A stretch of DNA of 64,000 nt, from contig JBHGNT010000001.1 of assembly GCA_043228905.1 (NCBI GenBank), positions 2,108,001 to 2,172,000 of the forward strand. The letters run 5' to 3'. Shown here in pieces: positions 39,953 through 53,128 of this stretch. Position 1 is the stretch's first letter. Each line of letters opens with the position of its first letter. This DNA is from Azolla caroliniana. Lineage: Eukaryota > Plantae > Polypodiophyta. The position numbers and the translations under genes are program-made. The notes beneath the pieces are model-generated. The model was not told where the DNA came from, did not search any database, and worked only from the letters and a program-made list of their open reading frames with translations.

Positions 39953-42269
39953 ACTCACCCCCCCAATATTCTCTCTCTCTCTCCCCCCCCATATGAACCC
40001 TCCCCAATTCCTTATTCTTTTCCAGCTCCAACGTTATTGCTGCTGCCCTTATTTTAAATGTTTGTTATTGTTGTTGATACCCATTAAATATTTGATATCA
40101 TATGTCTTCATCGTTAGCTTTTTTAAGTCCTCACACCCTATCCTTTTTCGGGTTTGTGCTTGACGAGGATGGCTGTAACTCTACCACAACCACTACAAAC
40201 CCTCCCTCTACTTTGAATTGATTCATTTATGTATGTAGATGTTGCATCTTAATGGTAAAGTATTGCTTCTTGGCTATTGGTTTCAAATCCATCATCATGA
40301 TTCATCGTTATTATTGCTATCACCTTTGTTGTTCGTTGCTTTTCATGTGACTATTGTGATCATTCATCTATATTCGCACAGCTTCTTCATTGCGAATGTC
40401 TTTACATTTTATTCGTTTCGAGAAAAGTACCCTTTTTATGTTTCTAGATGCCTTTTTTGTTTACCAATGAAGGATTTGGACAATGGGTTCATCCAAACTA
40501 TAGTGTATAGTAGTTACTAGTAACTCTAAAAGAAATTCATTTGTCACTTTAGCTTGTCCATACATCAAGGGTATGTACATAATTATGATGTTCATGTTTG
40601 TAGATTGTGAAATCGTTAGTTTAAAATGTTTGAAAGTAAGAGATCTTAAGAGATGTGCGAACTTCTTGGAGACATCGCGGATCTGCTCATATTTGGCATG
40701 ATGCTTGTGCCAAATTGTTTGTAGATAGTGAGGTTGGTAGCTTAGTACATTGGTGTGGCGTGCATTTAGGAGAGAGACGTACATTGTATGACAAATATGG
40801 GTGGAAGTAAGTGTTTGCATCCACGACCTTGTGTTGAGAGATTAATAGATGTGCCAATTACTTGGAGACATTGAGAATCCAATTGTCGTTGATATCACAA
40901 GGTTGACTGTTTGTAGAATTGATTACTTTATACAATGATATAGAATTTAGTTTTAGGAGAAGTGCTATATTGTATGACAAATCTGTGTGAAAATGTAAGG
41001 GCTCTTACCATGGCCTTGCATTGAGAAAGTAGCTTACCAACAACACTAGCTCATGATGCATGTGCAGTGCTCCTCACTCTCTATCTTTCTATTGCATAAT
41101 ATGTATTATGCACATATGAGATTCTTTTCCGGTGTTAGTTGAGTAACCACTCTCAGTTTAGACTCTAGTAAATGTGACGAGACACTCGTGCAATCACTAA
41201 TGCCATGTTGAAGGACGTGGATATTTCTATATCTTGGTTTCTATGAGAGTAGTAAATTTTGAAGTGCATATAAATTGACATTTGTAATACATCTTGAATT
41301 GGTGAAAGAGGGGGATTGTGTATGATCCTTAGGTTAGTGGGTGGATGGCAAGAATGAATTTGGAGTGTTAGAAAACACTTATAATTTGGAATCTACATCA
41401 TATCTCCTAACTCCCTAATGTAGAGTTGGCATATGTTGACAAGGAGATTGACTAGTGGACCCATTGTGGCGTTCTTTGTCTTAATGTAAACGCACACTAA
41501 CTAGTCTAATAAGCATGAGGGGGAAAAAGGGAAACAAGAAACGCGGAATGGGAAACATAATGATGAACATGACATATAAAACAATTATGGAATTCTCGGT
41601 AAACATAGGAATATTATATACAAAGATGTGAATGCCATATGTGATAAAGTAAAGTAACATACCAAATACCCATATTAAAGAACATGGAAAATAAAGTATT
41701 TATGGTCAATCACATAGTGGCTATAAAGCGCTCCATGCATTTAATGTTGGCACAAATGTAGATAAATATCGTTCCAAAACTAGTTTTTTGGATGCAACAC
41801 AGTTAATAATTTTTGTCAAATGCATTCTTAAAATATGGAAATATTTTTTTAACATATAACCTTTTGTGATTCACGTTATATGGCTTGGCGTCATCAGGTC
41901 TCTCCTTTATGAGGTTGTGACCCCTTATTGCTTTGGACCACACAAGGTGATCACCAATGAGTACGACACCCTTAGACGCCCCAAACATGCCTTTCAAAGC
42001 ACCCTAATTGCATGACTAGAATGATAAAAACAAGCTTTCACAGGGATGGCTTAAATAGTTGTTATGATAAGTTGCTTTCATTAAGTCCTGGGAAATTTTG
42101 GTAACATGACATTAGACTTCGAAAAAAGCATGCACATTGAATATGTAATAGTAGATTTTTCAATAGCTAAAGTGTCCATATGATATTGTAGAGATATGAA
42201 AGACTTCAAAAGATAAGCTGATTTTTTGTGTGCTCGTAGTCTATAAATAATGAGATCTCTTTAGCGCCT

Positions 42270-42317
<48 letters not shown>

Positions 42318-43989
42318 CATCCAAATAATAAGGATCTCTTTTATGCGTCTTCAAGATATATAGATAGATAGTTAGATAACATTAATGCCCTTTACGGCCA
42401 ATTATGGCTAATAATACCAAAAAATTAAATATTTACAAGCAAAGTTTTGGAAGTGAGTAGTTGCTCTTGATGTTCAACATTTTAACTAATGAACTTTGCA
42501 GTTGAGTGTGCAAATTGTGACGATAAGAAGAATTTGAGTAGGCATGGATCAAATTGACATGTGGAGCGCAAACTTGAATGTGGTCCAAGGTAGACAATTA
42601 AATCAAACTTGTGATACTCAAACTTTGGAACTTGTTCAAGTAAAAATATTCATAGTTGACAATTCTCTTCACAAGTGCCCCAATGCTCTATTTTGTATCA
42701 AAGAGAATGTGTCATGCAAAAGCAATGGTGCAGATGACAAACCAACTGATTCTTGCATGTATCATAGATGTGTGCTTTCCATGTTTGGCAAAGAAATTGA
42801 TTCTCTAGTTTGGTGCAATATATACAATATAATGTTTGAAAGACGAGACTCCACATTGTCCCCAATCCATGATATATTAGCATTGCATAAAAGCCTTACT
42901 CATGGGAAAAATCTATTGACACATCATGAAGCAAATGTAATGCATCCATCAAAAGTTAATACAAGAGGTTTTATTGAACCTTAAGCATATGTTCATAAAA
43001 TCTGCACTACCATGGTCTCCATGGGAAATTATATCATTTGAAGAACTAGGCGCATGTATAGAAATTTAGGTTGACATAGATCAACTTTGTTAGAAAGCAC
43101 TTTTGGAAATTTTCGAACTCATTCCAAGTGAACTTAGAGATGCTATTGCCCAACCCTTCAACCCCATAAAGAAGCACTAGTATCATCAAAGCATCAAAGA
43201 AGTATTTTTATTATGGATGCAAGACGACTTTTGTTGAGTGAACGAGCAAGAAGGGGGGAAAGATAGAAAAAGAGAAGCAAGAACAATAAAGAGGAAGGTG
43301 AGACAAGATAGAATTCAATACGTATGATAATTGGTGTTGAACTCCTCGACAACTAGGGCGGGAACCCATATCCAAAAGGTAGGGCATGAATATATGGCAC
43401 CTTGCACCTCTCTATGCAAGACTTGCCACCCACCTACAAGGCTCTCCATACAAGTCACCTTGTGACCACTCTTTTAACATAGAGTAACCATATGTTATAC
43501 TAACTCTTAGATTTTTCATGTCTGGTATCATATTGGTCATTACAATTTCTAAAGAACCCAATATGTAATTTCTCCGCCATTACATCTATTCTCAAATTTA
43601 TAGTTAATGCTCTTTCTTGCTTCTAAGAAATGAGTAGCACATTCATTCCATTTGTGAATGGAGGGAACCTCAAGCCTAAAGCGTTTAAAGTTTCATAAAG
43701 TGGCTTATTATGATTCATAATGCATTGTTCATCCTTATTCGAGTATTTGGAAATGTAATGTTCATTTTTGGAGTTTTGAATGTTTATAGGGTTTCAAGTG
43801 TCTTTTTATGATACCGAATGTATGTTTTATCCTTATTCCAGTCTTTATACACACAACATTCATTGTTTGGATTTATTGTGAATGCAAAAGTTTTCTATTA
43901 CACTCTTAAGCTTTTAGACATCGTCTAAACCACTAGATTATCTATGTATAAGTTATAACAAAAGCATGATAAGTGGTTTAATCTTATTT

Positions 43990-45635
43990 CTATGTTGTGA
44001 GGAGAGTTTGAAAGTCTTCAAGGGTCATTTGATGCAAGTGAAGAAGCTAGAGCTCGTTTCCTTCTGAAATGGAGCGGTTCGTCGATGCTACAGGTAATAG
44101 ATGGTAAAGTGAAGTGGAATTATCAACCATCACGATGGTTGTTCCCTCCGAGTGTACCGAACATGTAGATGGGTGCTGCCATGAGGAGTGAATGGAGGAC
44201 ATCTATGCTGAATTCTGTTTTGTATGAGGCTCACGTGGAGAATATGCGTCCGAGTAATGCTATACACATCGAATGATGTGGTGCTTTGGCGTTGTTTTTT
44301 TTTGGTGTTTCATCTACACATATTGTTTTCCTTTGACATGCAAGATGTCGTGTAAGATATGAGTTGTCCTTTGTACATTGCTTAACTAATGGAAGTAGTT
44401 TTTTTTGGAAAAAAAAAACATGATAAGTGCATTCCTAATGCCATCCTCCGCATTGTTGTCTTTACTTTACAAACTCACCAATGATGTTCCTTTAGTTCTC
44501 ATTCATTAATGTATACACTAAAGAGAGTTAGTGAGGGTTAACAATGCATGCATCCTCAACAGTAAATACCCCTCTTTGTTATATCTATAAATAACTAATA
44601 TGGATGTAAATTGCATGTGTCTTTCTCTACCACTCCCTTATTCTCTGTTCAACTTGTGCATGTCCGTTTTTTATTTCCTTCAAAGATTTTCTTGAGTCGT
44701 ATTAAGGAAAAACACCCGAAGGCTACAACTTGAGCTTGTCTGCCCAGAAGCTTACAAATTTTATTTTATTTTATTTCAAAACAAAATATACTTCCATTAG
44801 TTTTTAAAAAGGCAATTTGTGCATGTCCTTATTCAATTATTTCATGTGTAAGTCTTAACATGGTTTCATTATCCGTGGAAATTGTATTTAGACCACAAGG
44901 TTGGTAGTTGCCACAAAACCGTGCAGCCAATAGTGTTAATGCAAGAGATATGGAGTGAAGTGGTAGCCACTCTAAAGAGCCAATACGATGGCCTCAAGGG
45001 TGACTCCGATGGAGTTGAAAGACAACGACTAACCTTCATCCAACAATGGTCGCCCTCCCCCTTTATTGAGTCAGTGGGCATCCACATAAGATGGACCTAT
45101 CGTGTCCCTACAGGGATATTTGTATATACTAATATCATCTGTAAATTTTTATAACTAATGGAAGGAGTTTTCTTTTTGGAAATAAAAAAAGGTTGGTAGT
45201 TGCATTTCTTTGTTTGTTCTACCATGTGTATCAACACTTTTATGCATATCAACAAGTAAATGAAAATTCAAAACCTCAACTCCTATTCATGTCAAAGCTC
45301 AAGTTGTGTTGGAATTTGTCGCCCCTATAACTCTTTGGATTCTATGGAAATAACGGTGTAGATGGGTCTTCTCCAACCAAACCGTGCATCAAGTAATGTT
45401 AATATAGGAGATATGGAGTGAAGTTATAGCCACTGTAAAGAGCCAATACGATGGCCTCACAGGCGGTTCCGATGGAGTTGAAAGACAACAATTAACCTTC
45501 ATCCAACAATGGTCGTTCTCTCCCTCTCTCGAGTCAGTGGGCATCCACATAAGATGGAACTATTGCGTTCCTACATGGATTTGTATATAACACTCTCAAC
45601 TAATGGACAAAGTTTTTTTGGAAAATAAATAAATA
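43990..45635 (+). mobile_element. Three 5'-truncated LINE 3' ends (~43990-44418, ~44900-45190, ~45270-45635)
   Basis: Homologous peptides LRGEFESLQG...FLLKWS...KWNYQPSRW and LKSQYDGLKG...FIQQWS...RWTYRVP, plus LWILWK*RCRWVF. Each ends in taatgga..agtttt..ggaaa(a)n. Confidence 0.7.
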
Positions 45636-47149
45636 AATATGTATTAAATATTTATGTATGTAATATGTATATTTTGGTACGACATGTCACGTGTGCATTT
45701 GGAAAATATGTATTTTGCACGTTAATATCCATATCAATTATTGAGATTCCAAATTCGTTACAATGTCATTTAAAGAGCCAATACAATGCATTAATTTGAT
45801 CCACATAATTGGTCTTTTGTGATACCATGTGTATAAATACTTTTATGCAAGTCAACATAGTTGAGCCCTGGGAAAAGCGAGATGAAGGTAGGTCACCATG
45901 GACAAACAAGATAGAGATTAGGGAAAGACATTGAGTGTTGTGGTTGTTGCCATGCTACTCATGTTAACCCAATTACTTAGACCTCAAATGCAATCTTGTA
46001 AATCTACAAGGATATTGATGTTTTTTGTACTTTGATGTCCATTTTCTCATATTTTTCCTAAAAAATCATGGTTTAATGTAAAAAACTAACATGGAGACAT
46101 CATAATGAAGTGTACAATATATGATTACCCATCATTTTGAAGGTTAAAGGAGTTTATAGCTCGAGATTTGTTGTTGCATTGTTAATGCAATTATTTCTAA
46201 TTGTTGGACTTGATGGAATACCTCCTCATAACGTTGTGTTTGCTTGGCAATCATGTGTTGGAAGTCTTCCAATGATAACTGATTCTCTTGGTGTAGGGCC
46301 ACAAATCTAGGGCACTCAAATTTTATCAAGACTTGCATCTTGATTAACTCCATAATTTACAAGAAAAGCTTGATAGGGTGTTCTTAGACAAAAATCCAAA
46401 CTTACACACACACACACACACACACACACAATGTATCTGCAATAGAAACACCAAAATGCATCATATAATGGATGGAAGACCTACCAAGCAAGATGAAAAC
46501 CCACAAAAAATCAATACATTCGATGAGACAAAAAGCAAGAAAAATTGAGGGAACATACAAATACATATGAGTTTTGTAATAATAATTTATAAAGTCAAGC
46601 AATTAGAATGAAAAGATGTTGACACCATATTTCAACAAAAGATAGAAGCATCAGGAATAAGGAACATTCCTGATCAACTAATAAAAAAACCGAGTGTTTT
46701 GAATACATTAACTTCGATTTGAATATAATACTTAAGTAAGTGAGAATTATCATATCTAAAGTGCAAGATTGTTTCTTTGTAAAGTTGGGTTCCAGTTCAC
46801 ATGTATCAATCATAGAAGTAAAAAGTATGATGCATTTTTTGAGTTGAAATGATGATAAAAAATATGATACATTTTTTGAGTTCCATCTACTTTTGAAGTT
46901 CCTCTACTATAAAGCAATATTAAGCCAATAAGAATGCAAATCTACATTAAAAAAGGGAAACAAAGAAAAGATTATGCCAAAGACTAGCATTAAACCGGAA
47001 TGGTTTGATGACATTGAGATTTTCCCTCCTACTCTAATGTTAGAACAACTATCGTATACAATACCATGATCACATTTTTTTCACTCATTATAACATCCCA
47101 TTTCTTCAATGAGGAGTTCCACAAGTTAAAATGCATGAACGAGGAGTTA

Positions 47150-47760
47150 CTTTAGTAGAATATTGATGATCAATTTTGCTACAAGAGTCTGTATATAAGG
47201 AAAATTCTCAATGAATTCCCAAGTCCAATCATTTGGTGCATAACCTAACCAATTTATGAGGTCGTGTAACTCTTACACATGATCTCAGAGTCCAAGACAA
47301 ATTCAACCTTGAACTCTAGCTCATCAAGTTAAAATCCCAACAAACATTCGTACATAATATTTGCCAATCTAGAACCATTTGAATCTTCACTATCTACATA
47401 AGGATATCCTCCAAGAAGTTTAAATATCATAGAAATTCCACTTGATTGTGGTTGAATTTGTACTTCTCTAGTTTGGCATTGAGGAAATACTTTCGTAATT
47501 ATTGTCGTACTTGACAAACACAAAGATCTTACTCATGTTGACAATCGCTGAGTAAATCAAGATGTCACTAAGATAAACTACAAGAAGATGTTGGGAAAAT
47601 CCTGAAAAACTTCATTGTCACATGTTGAAAAACTCTTCGTGCATTCATTAACCGAAAGGTGTACCTAAAATGTTTACATTGAGTGCGAAAAGTAGTCTTC
47701 CTTTCGTCAATGAGACTAATACAAACAAGGTTGGATGCACCTCAATGAAATTTCGGAGGC
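47150..47760 (-). mobile_element. Heavily degraded chromovirus (Tcn1-like Ty3/gypsy) relic with RT and chromodomain fragments
   Basis: RT-like GASNLVCI...DERKTTFRTQCKHF...LMNARRVFQH and VVYLSDILIYS. Chromodomain-like EFKVEFVLDS...LINWLGYAPNDWTWEFIENF. Frameshifted. Confidence 0.7.
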
Positions 47761-47761
47761 A

Positions 47762-49245
47762 AAATTGTGTATGCGTATAATATTACCCCATTCGCAGAGT
47801 CCCAACCATATACAATGAATACATACATACACACATTATATCGTATAATTGTGTATACATAGATTATACCCCATTTGATAATCCCAACTGTATAAAATAC
47901 ATATATACATTACACTCTATAATTGTGCATGCACACATTAAACCCCATTTGTATAGTCCCAACCGTATACAATACATATAATTGCGTATGCGTATAATTG
48001 CATATGCATATACAATACATAACATACATTACATCGTATAATTGCGTATAATCCCAATAGTATACAATACATATAATTGCATATGCATATACAATACATA
48101 ACATACATTACATCGTATAATTGCGTATAATCCCAATAGTATACAATACATATAATTGCATATGCATATACAATACATAACATACATTACATCATATACA
48201 ATACATATATACATTACACTCTATAATTGTGCATGCACACATTCAACCCCATTTGTATAGTCCCAACCGTATACAATACATATAATTGCGTATGCGTATA
48301 ATTGCATATGCATATACAATACATAACATACATTACATCGTATAATTGCGTATAATCCCAATAGTATACAATACATATAATTGCATATGCATATACAATA
48401 CATAACATACATTACATCGTATAATTGCGTATAATCCCAATAGTATACAATACATATAATTGCATATGCATATACAATACATAACATACATTACATCATA
48501 TATAATACATATATACATTACACTCTATAATTGTGCATGCACACATTCAACCCCATTTGTATAGTCCCAACCGTATACAATACATATAATTGCGTATGCG
48601 TATAATTGCATATGCATATACAATACATAACATACATTACATCGTATAATTGCGTATAATCCCAATAGTATACAATACATATAATTGCATATGCATATAC
48701 AATACATAACATACATTACATCATATACAATACATATATACATTACACTCTATAATTGTGCATGCACACATTAAACCCCATTTGTATAGTCCCAACCGTA
48801 TACAATACATATAATTGCGTATGCGTATAATTGCATATGCATATACAATACATAACATACATTACATCGTATAATTGCGTATAATCCCAATAGTATACAA
48901 TACATATAATTGCATATGCATATACAATACATAACATACATTACATCATATAATTGTGTATGCGTATATTATACGCCATCTGTACAATCCCGATTCCCAA
49001 CAATATACAATACATACATATATGTATATGTACATAACACCGTATAATTGAGTATGCGTATGTTATAACTAAACCGTATACTATACATACATACATTACA
49101 CCGTATAATGGTGTATTACGTATATTATACCCCATCCGTATGCATAGAGAAGTTGTAACTAAACCGTATACTATATGTACATACATATGTACATTTATAC
49201 CGTATAATGGTGTATGCGTATATTATACCCCATCCGTATGCATAG
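47762..49245. repeat. AT-rich satellite with 79-bp subunits in 304/225-bp higher-order repeats and degenerate flanking monomers
   Basis: Near-identical blocks begin at ~47910, 48214, 48518 and 48743. The 79-bp unit is tatacaatacatataattgcatatgcat...tataatcccaatag. Confidence 0.93.
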
Positions 49246-49338
49246 ATAGAGAAGGGTACGAAGAGGTGCAGAGGGTAATACTATACTCTGTTTTGGGTTA
49301 TGTTTTTCTCTGCATGGATCCACCCCTGCATAGCATTC

Positions 49339-51856
49339 ATGGCGATCTCGAAACAGGTAGTAGCATTAGAAGAAGAAGGAGACATAACGAGGAATGCAGA
49401 GCTTATTACAGATATTCTTCAGAGACGCCTCTCTTCTCTAGGGTTTTGCAACCTCCCTATCTTAGCGACCGAAAGAGCTGATGTCATCTTTCACGTCTCT
49501 CGATCATTATCAGAAGAAGAAGAAGAAGCAGAAGAAGAAGAAAAGAGAAAAGGGATCGCAAAAAATCATAGAACAGAGGAAGAAGAAGAAGGAAAAGAAA
49601 AACAAGTGAAGATTGTTCGTATACTTGCCCATTCTTCTATACTTAAGAAAGAAAGCGACTATTTCCGCGAAATCTTACAAGAAGATGAAGAGGAGGATGT
49701 TGATGATGATGGTGCTTCAATGTCCTCTGCTCCAGGTAAGGTTAATTATTAAACCATAGCCTTTTGTTTGCAGATGTTGTACAAATTGGGATGATGAAGA
49801 TGAACCCTTACAACCTTATTTTGTTGTTCTTCTCTAGATTCAGAATCTTCATTTCCAGAAGAAGATTCCGAATGTTTGTCTCCAAAAGATTCTGAATGTT
49901 CACTTTCTCGGGAGGAAGGTTCTGATTGTATGTCCCAGGAAGATTCTGAATATTTTCCTCGGGAAGAAGATTCAAATACTTCATGGGAAGATTCCGATGC
50001 CAGATTTTTGGCTATTAGCATTGACGAAAATAATGACCCATTTTTCAAGCAGCAAAATGTATATTTTCCAAGAAAGCATAGAGGATCAATTTTGTTAAAA
50101 GACCGACCTCGGAGATCTAGAAAAACCACTAGAAGAAACATGATTTCAAATAATAATAGTAGTCATCGCAAATCGGTTAGATTCAGTATCACTCCAGCTG
50201 ATATTATCCCTTTGATGAAAGATACTAGTAATGTGATGGGACAGAATGAAGAAGAAAAGAACTTGAGGATAGATCAATTAAAACTCAAAGAAGCAAAGAA
50301 AACCGAAGCTGATGATAGTGATAAGATAAAAGACCCGAATGCATTAAGAATGACATACATTGATAAGACTATGATCAAGAGGAGGAATACGGAGGTCAAC
50401 ATCATGGTACAAAACCAAGATGGAAAAAAAGGAAGCAAAGAAAAGAATGGACAGAAAGACAAGAAAGACGGTTCCTTAAGATTCTTTGTAGTGAAGAAGC
50501 ATAATTGGACATCCTCTGTTCTGATTGGAATTCTAGAGTGGCTTTATTTTGGTGTTGCTCATATCAACATAGTTGACCTTGCGTTGACTTACGACGCTGC
50601 TTATAGAGCTGCAATGACAAGCCTTACATGGTGTATCAAAAGCCATTCTATCATAGATTACTTGAATCTAGCAGTCACAAACTACCCAAGATATTGCCAA
50701 TCTCTACTTAACTTAGCCAACATTGCCAATTGTGAAGAATTAAGTACTCTCAAGTGCTTTTGTAAGGCGCTTAATGCCATCAGTGGGAAGCCAAAAGTTG
50801 CAAAACTTGAGACTAAATCTCTTCCAGGAAGATCTAAGGATTTCCTGTCCGAAGGGTTTTTGTTATTGGATGGGCACCCTATATGTGTGTTGAAAAGCAA
50901 TGAAGACGATGACAACGGAGGGTTGAGAGATGAAGAGCTATCTCATCCTCTCCCATTACTTACATTTACAAGGGGCATTCAGAAACTAATGTCCTTGAAT
51001 TCATTGGGTCAATGCAAAATCTCTTCGAATCGGTGAGAATAATGTTAAATCCTTACAGGAAATACTAAAATAAGGTTACCTATTATGGACAAAAATTAAG
51101 ATTGTGCTAGTCAATGCATTCACATTTTAGCTCATTTTTCTAACCTTGCCATCCATATTTGAGGATCTCCGTTCAATTTGCAATATAATTCAATCTTCAA
51201 GATCAGTTGCCATTTTTCAAAATGTTTGGCTTAATCAAGCTCACAAATATGTGCATTGCAGTAACAGATCTAAAGAACAGACATGGAATGTGATATTGCT
51301 TGATAATGACCAAGCAGGGAGTTTCCATGCTTTCTTCAGCTATGCCACGCTATGCAACCTCAACAACATATCAAAGATTGCATGGAAAGACATGAAAGGC
51401 ATGATGAAAGAGGGATTTGAGCTTCAAGTGATAGCAAAATGCAAGGTAGGTCCAATACTTGTCCAATCTCTTAAGAAAGAGATAAAACAAGCATTGACAG
51501 TAAGGGAAGAGAGGGGGTCTGGACCTTATGTTAAAGGACCAAGTTATTGCACATCTTTAGTGGTGGAAGGAGATCCGCTCAAGTTACTTTTGGCTGCAAA
51601 AGCCATGCCGTATGATATGGTGGGTCGGTCTTCGTTGAAAATTAGAGCTCCAAATTTGAAGACATTTGGCAAACTTTTCCACGCAAACCATACCTTTGGA
51701 GTGGATTTGCAAAGACGCAGTGTCGTGTTAGTGAAGCCACTCTATATGCTTATTAAAGTTCTTGAGTTCATAACCAACCTCAATGATGATGCATATGAAG
51801 ATCCTGACACTGAGAGAACATACATTGAGCTTATTGAGCCCACAAAGGTCTTCTGA
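49339..51856 (+). CDS. Divergent BTB/POZ-domain protein with large acidic insertions and an unrecognised C-terminal domain; exons 49339-49735, 49838-51032, ~51202-51856
   Basis: BTB hallmarks ADVIFHV, AHSSILKKESDYF and VLIGILEWLYFG...LALTYDAA. The first intron is GT-AG and in phase. The second intron acceptor is uncertain (51201 fits phase 2). Confidence 0.7.
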
Positions 51857-53128
51857 GCTTTTTTTATTATCACTTGGGAGAAAGGAAATATTTTAATTTT
51901 TACCCTTATAACCTCTGCAATCATATACATAAGAAATTCACATTAATTGATTTTACCAATCCTCTTATGTCAAAAGTCATACAAAATTCATATAAATTGT
52001 TCTACTAAGGTTCTCAAATTTAAAATTCACAAGAAGCTAAATTGCTGCTCATAGAAGGGCTTACAAAATTTTATACATCCTTAAGAGCAAGCTACATCAT
52101 AATAGCATAAATGATGGATGAATAACAATAAATGTTTTAGATTCTAGTTCATGTCATATGATTAATTTCTAAATAAGACGTTATCAAAATTTATACATGC
52201 TTGAGAGTCATAATAGCATAAATTATGAATGAATAACATTAAATGTTTCAGATTCTAGTCCCGTACAATACTGTAAGACTGGAGTATAAATGACTTAATA
52301 AGAAAACTATTAAGCGCATTACAATAGACAGTTCTCTATTTTGTGCCTAATACGCAATAAATTCCTTACTATGCTCCCCAAAATCCTTGAAGCATATAAA
52401 ATTTCCAGTTTCCATATTACAATGTTCTAATAGTTTTGACTTATAATATGTTCACTTCTCAAACATCTCTAGCTTTTGTTGAAAAAACATCTCTAGCTTC
52501 TGCAGCATAAAACTACCCTCAAATGTACTTTAGTTCTACATACACGACTGTCAAAATATAAAAACATCAATCAGGTTGAATACACAATTTCGCTACTAGA
52601 TTGAATAAGACAAGTCCAGTGCTACAATTCTGACAAATGATGAATTTATCGAACATGACACAATTTTGGACATAACAATCCTAACTCATCATCATCCATG
52701 AGACTATAATATCCTTCAACCACATTCCTAATTCACTGAGCACAAGCATTCTGCATCTAGACACCTTCGATTGGAATGAAAAAGAGTACAAAGCCAACAT
52801 AAACTTCCAATCATGCGTAGTATGACCCACTCCTGCAACCATAAAAACACTGAAGGCATATAACCGAGATTTGTAGAGGAATTCTAATTGATAATTATAC
52901 ATTGTTCGCTTTAATCTGATCAAGGCTTCTTTTGGTTCGTATCTATACATAAAAGACCTGAATAATTGGAGAACAATTAAGTGCTGAATCAGCCAAATTG
53001 CAAAGATTGCATTGCATGAAATCACAGTTCATGCTTATGATTTGAAGTAGTGTGAAGGATTGTTGGAAGTTAAGAGCTAAAAAAGAATACAGTACAAATT
53101 CAGTCATCATCATAATAGATATAACATA

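Noticed and set aside
40651-41025. Diverged ~195-bp tandem duplication downstream of the CXE gene
   Set aside because: Old two-copy local duplication with no structural or coding signal. The same applies to small duplications at 2881-2983 and 8263-8398.
41803-43250. Possible CACTA or LINE coding remnants
   Set aside because: No diagnostic motif could be recognised with confidence.
47910-49186. Cys/Tyr-rich repeated ORFs (MLCIVYAYAII...)
   Set aside because: They are translations of the AT-rich satellite with no coding signal.
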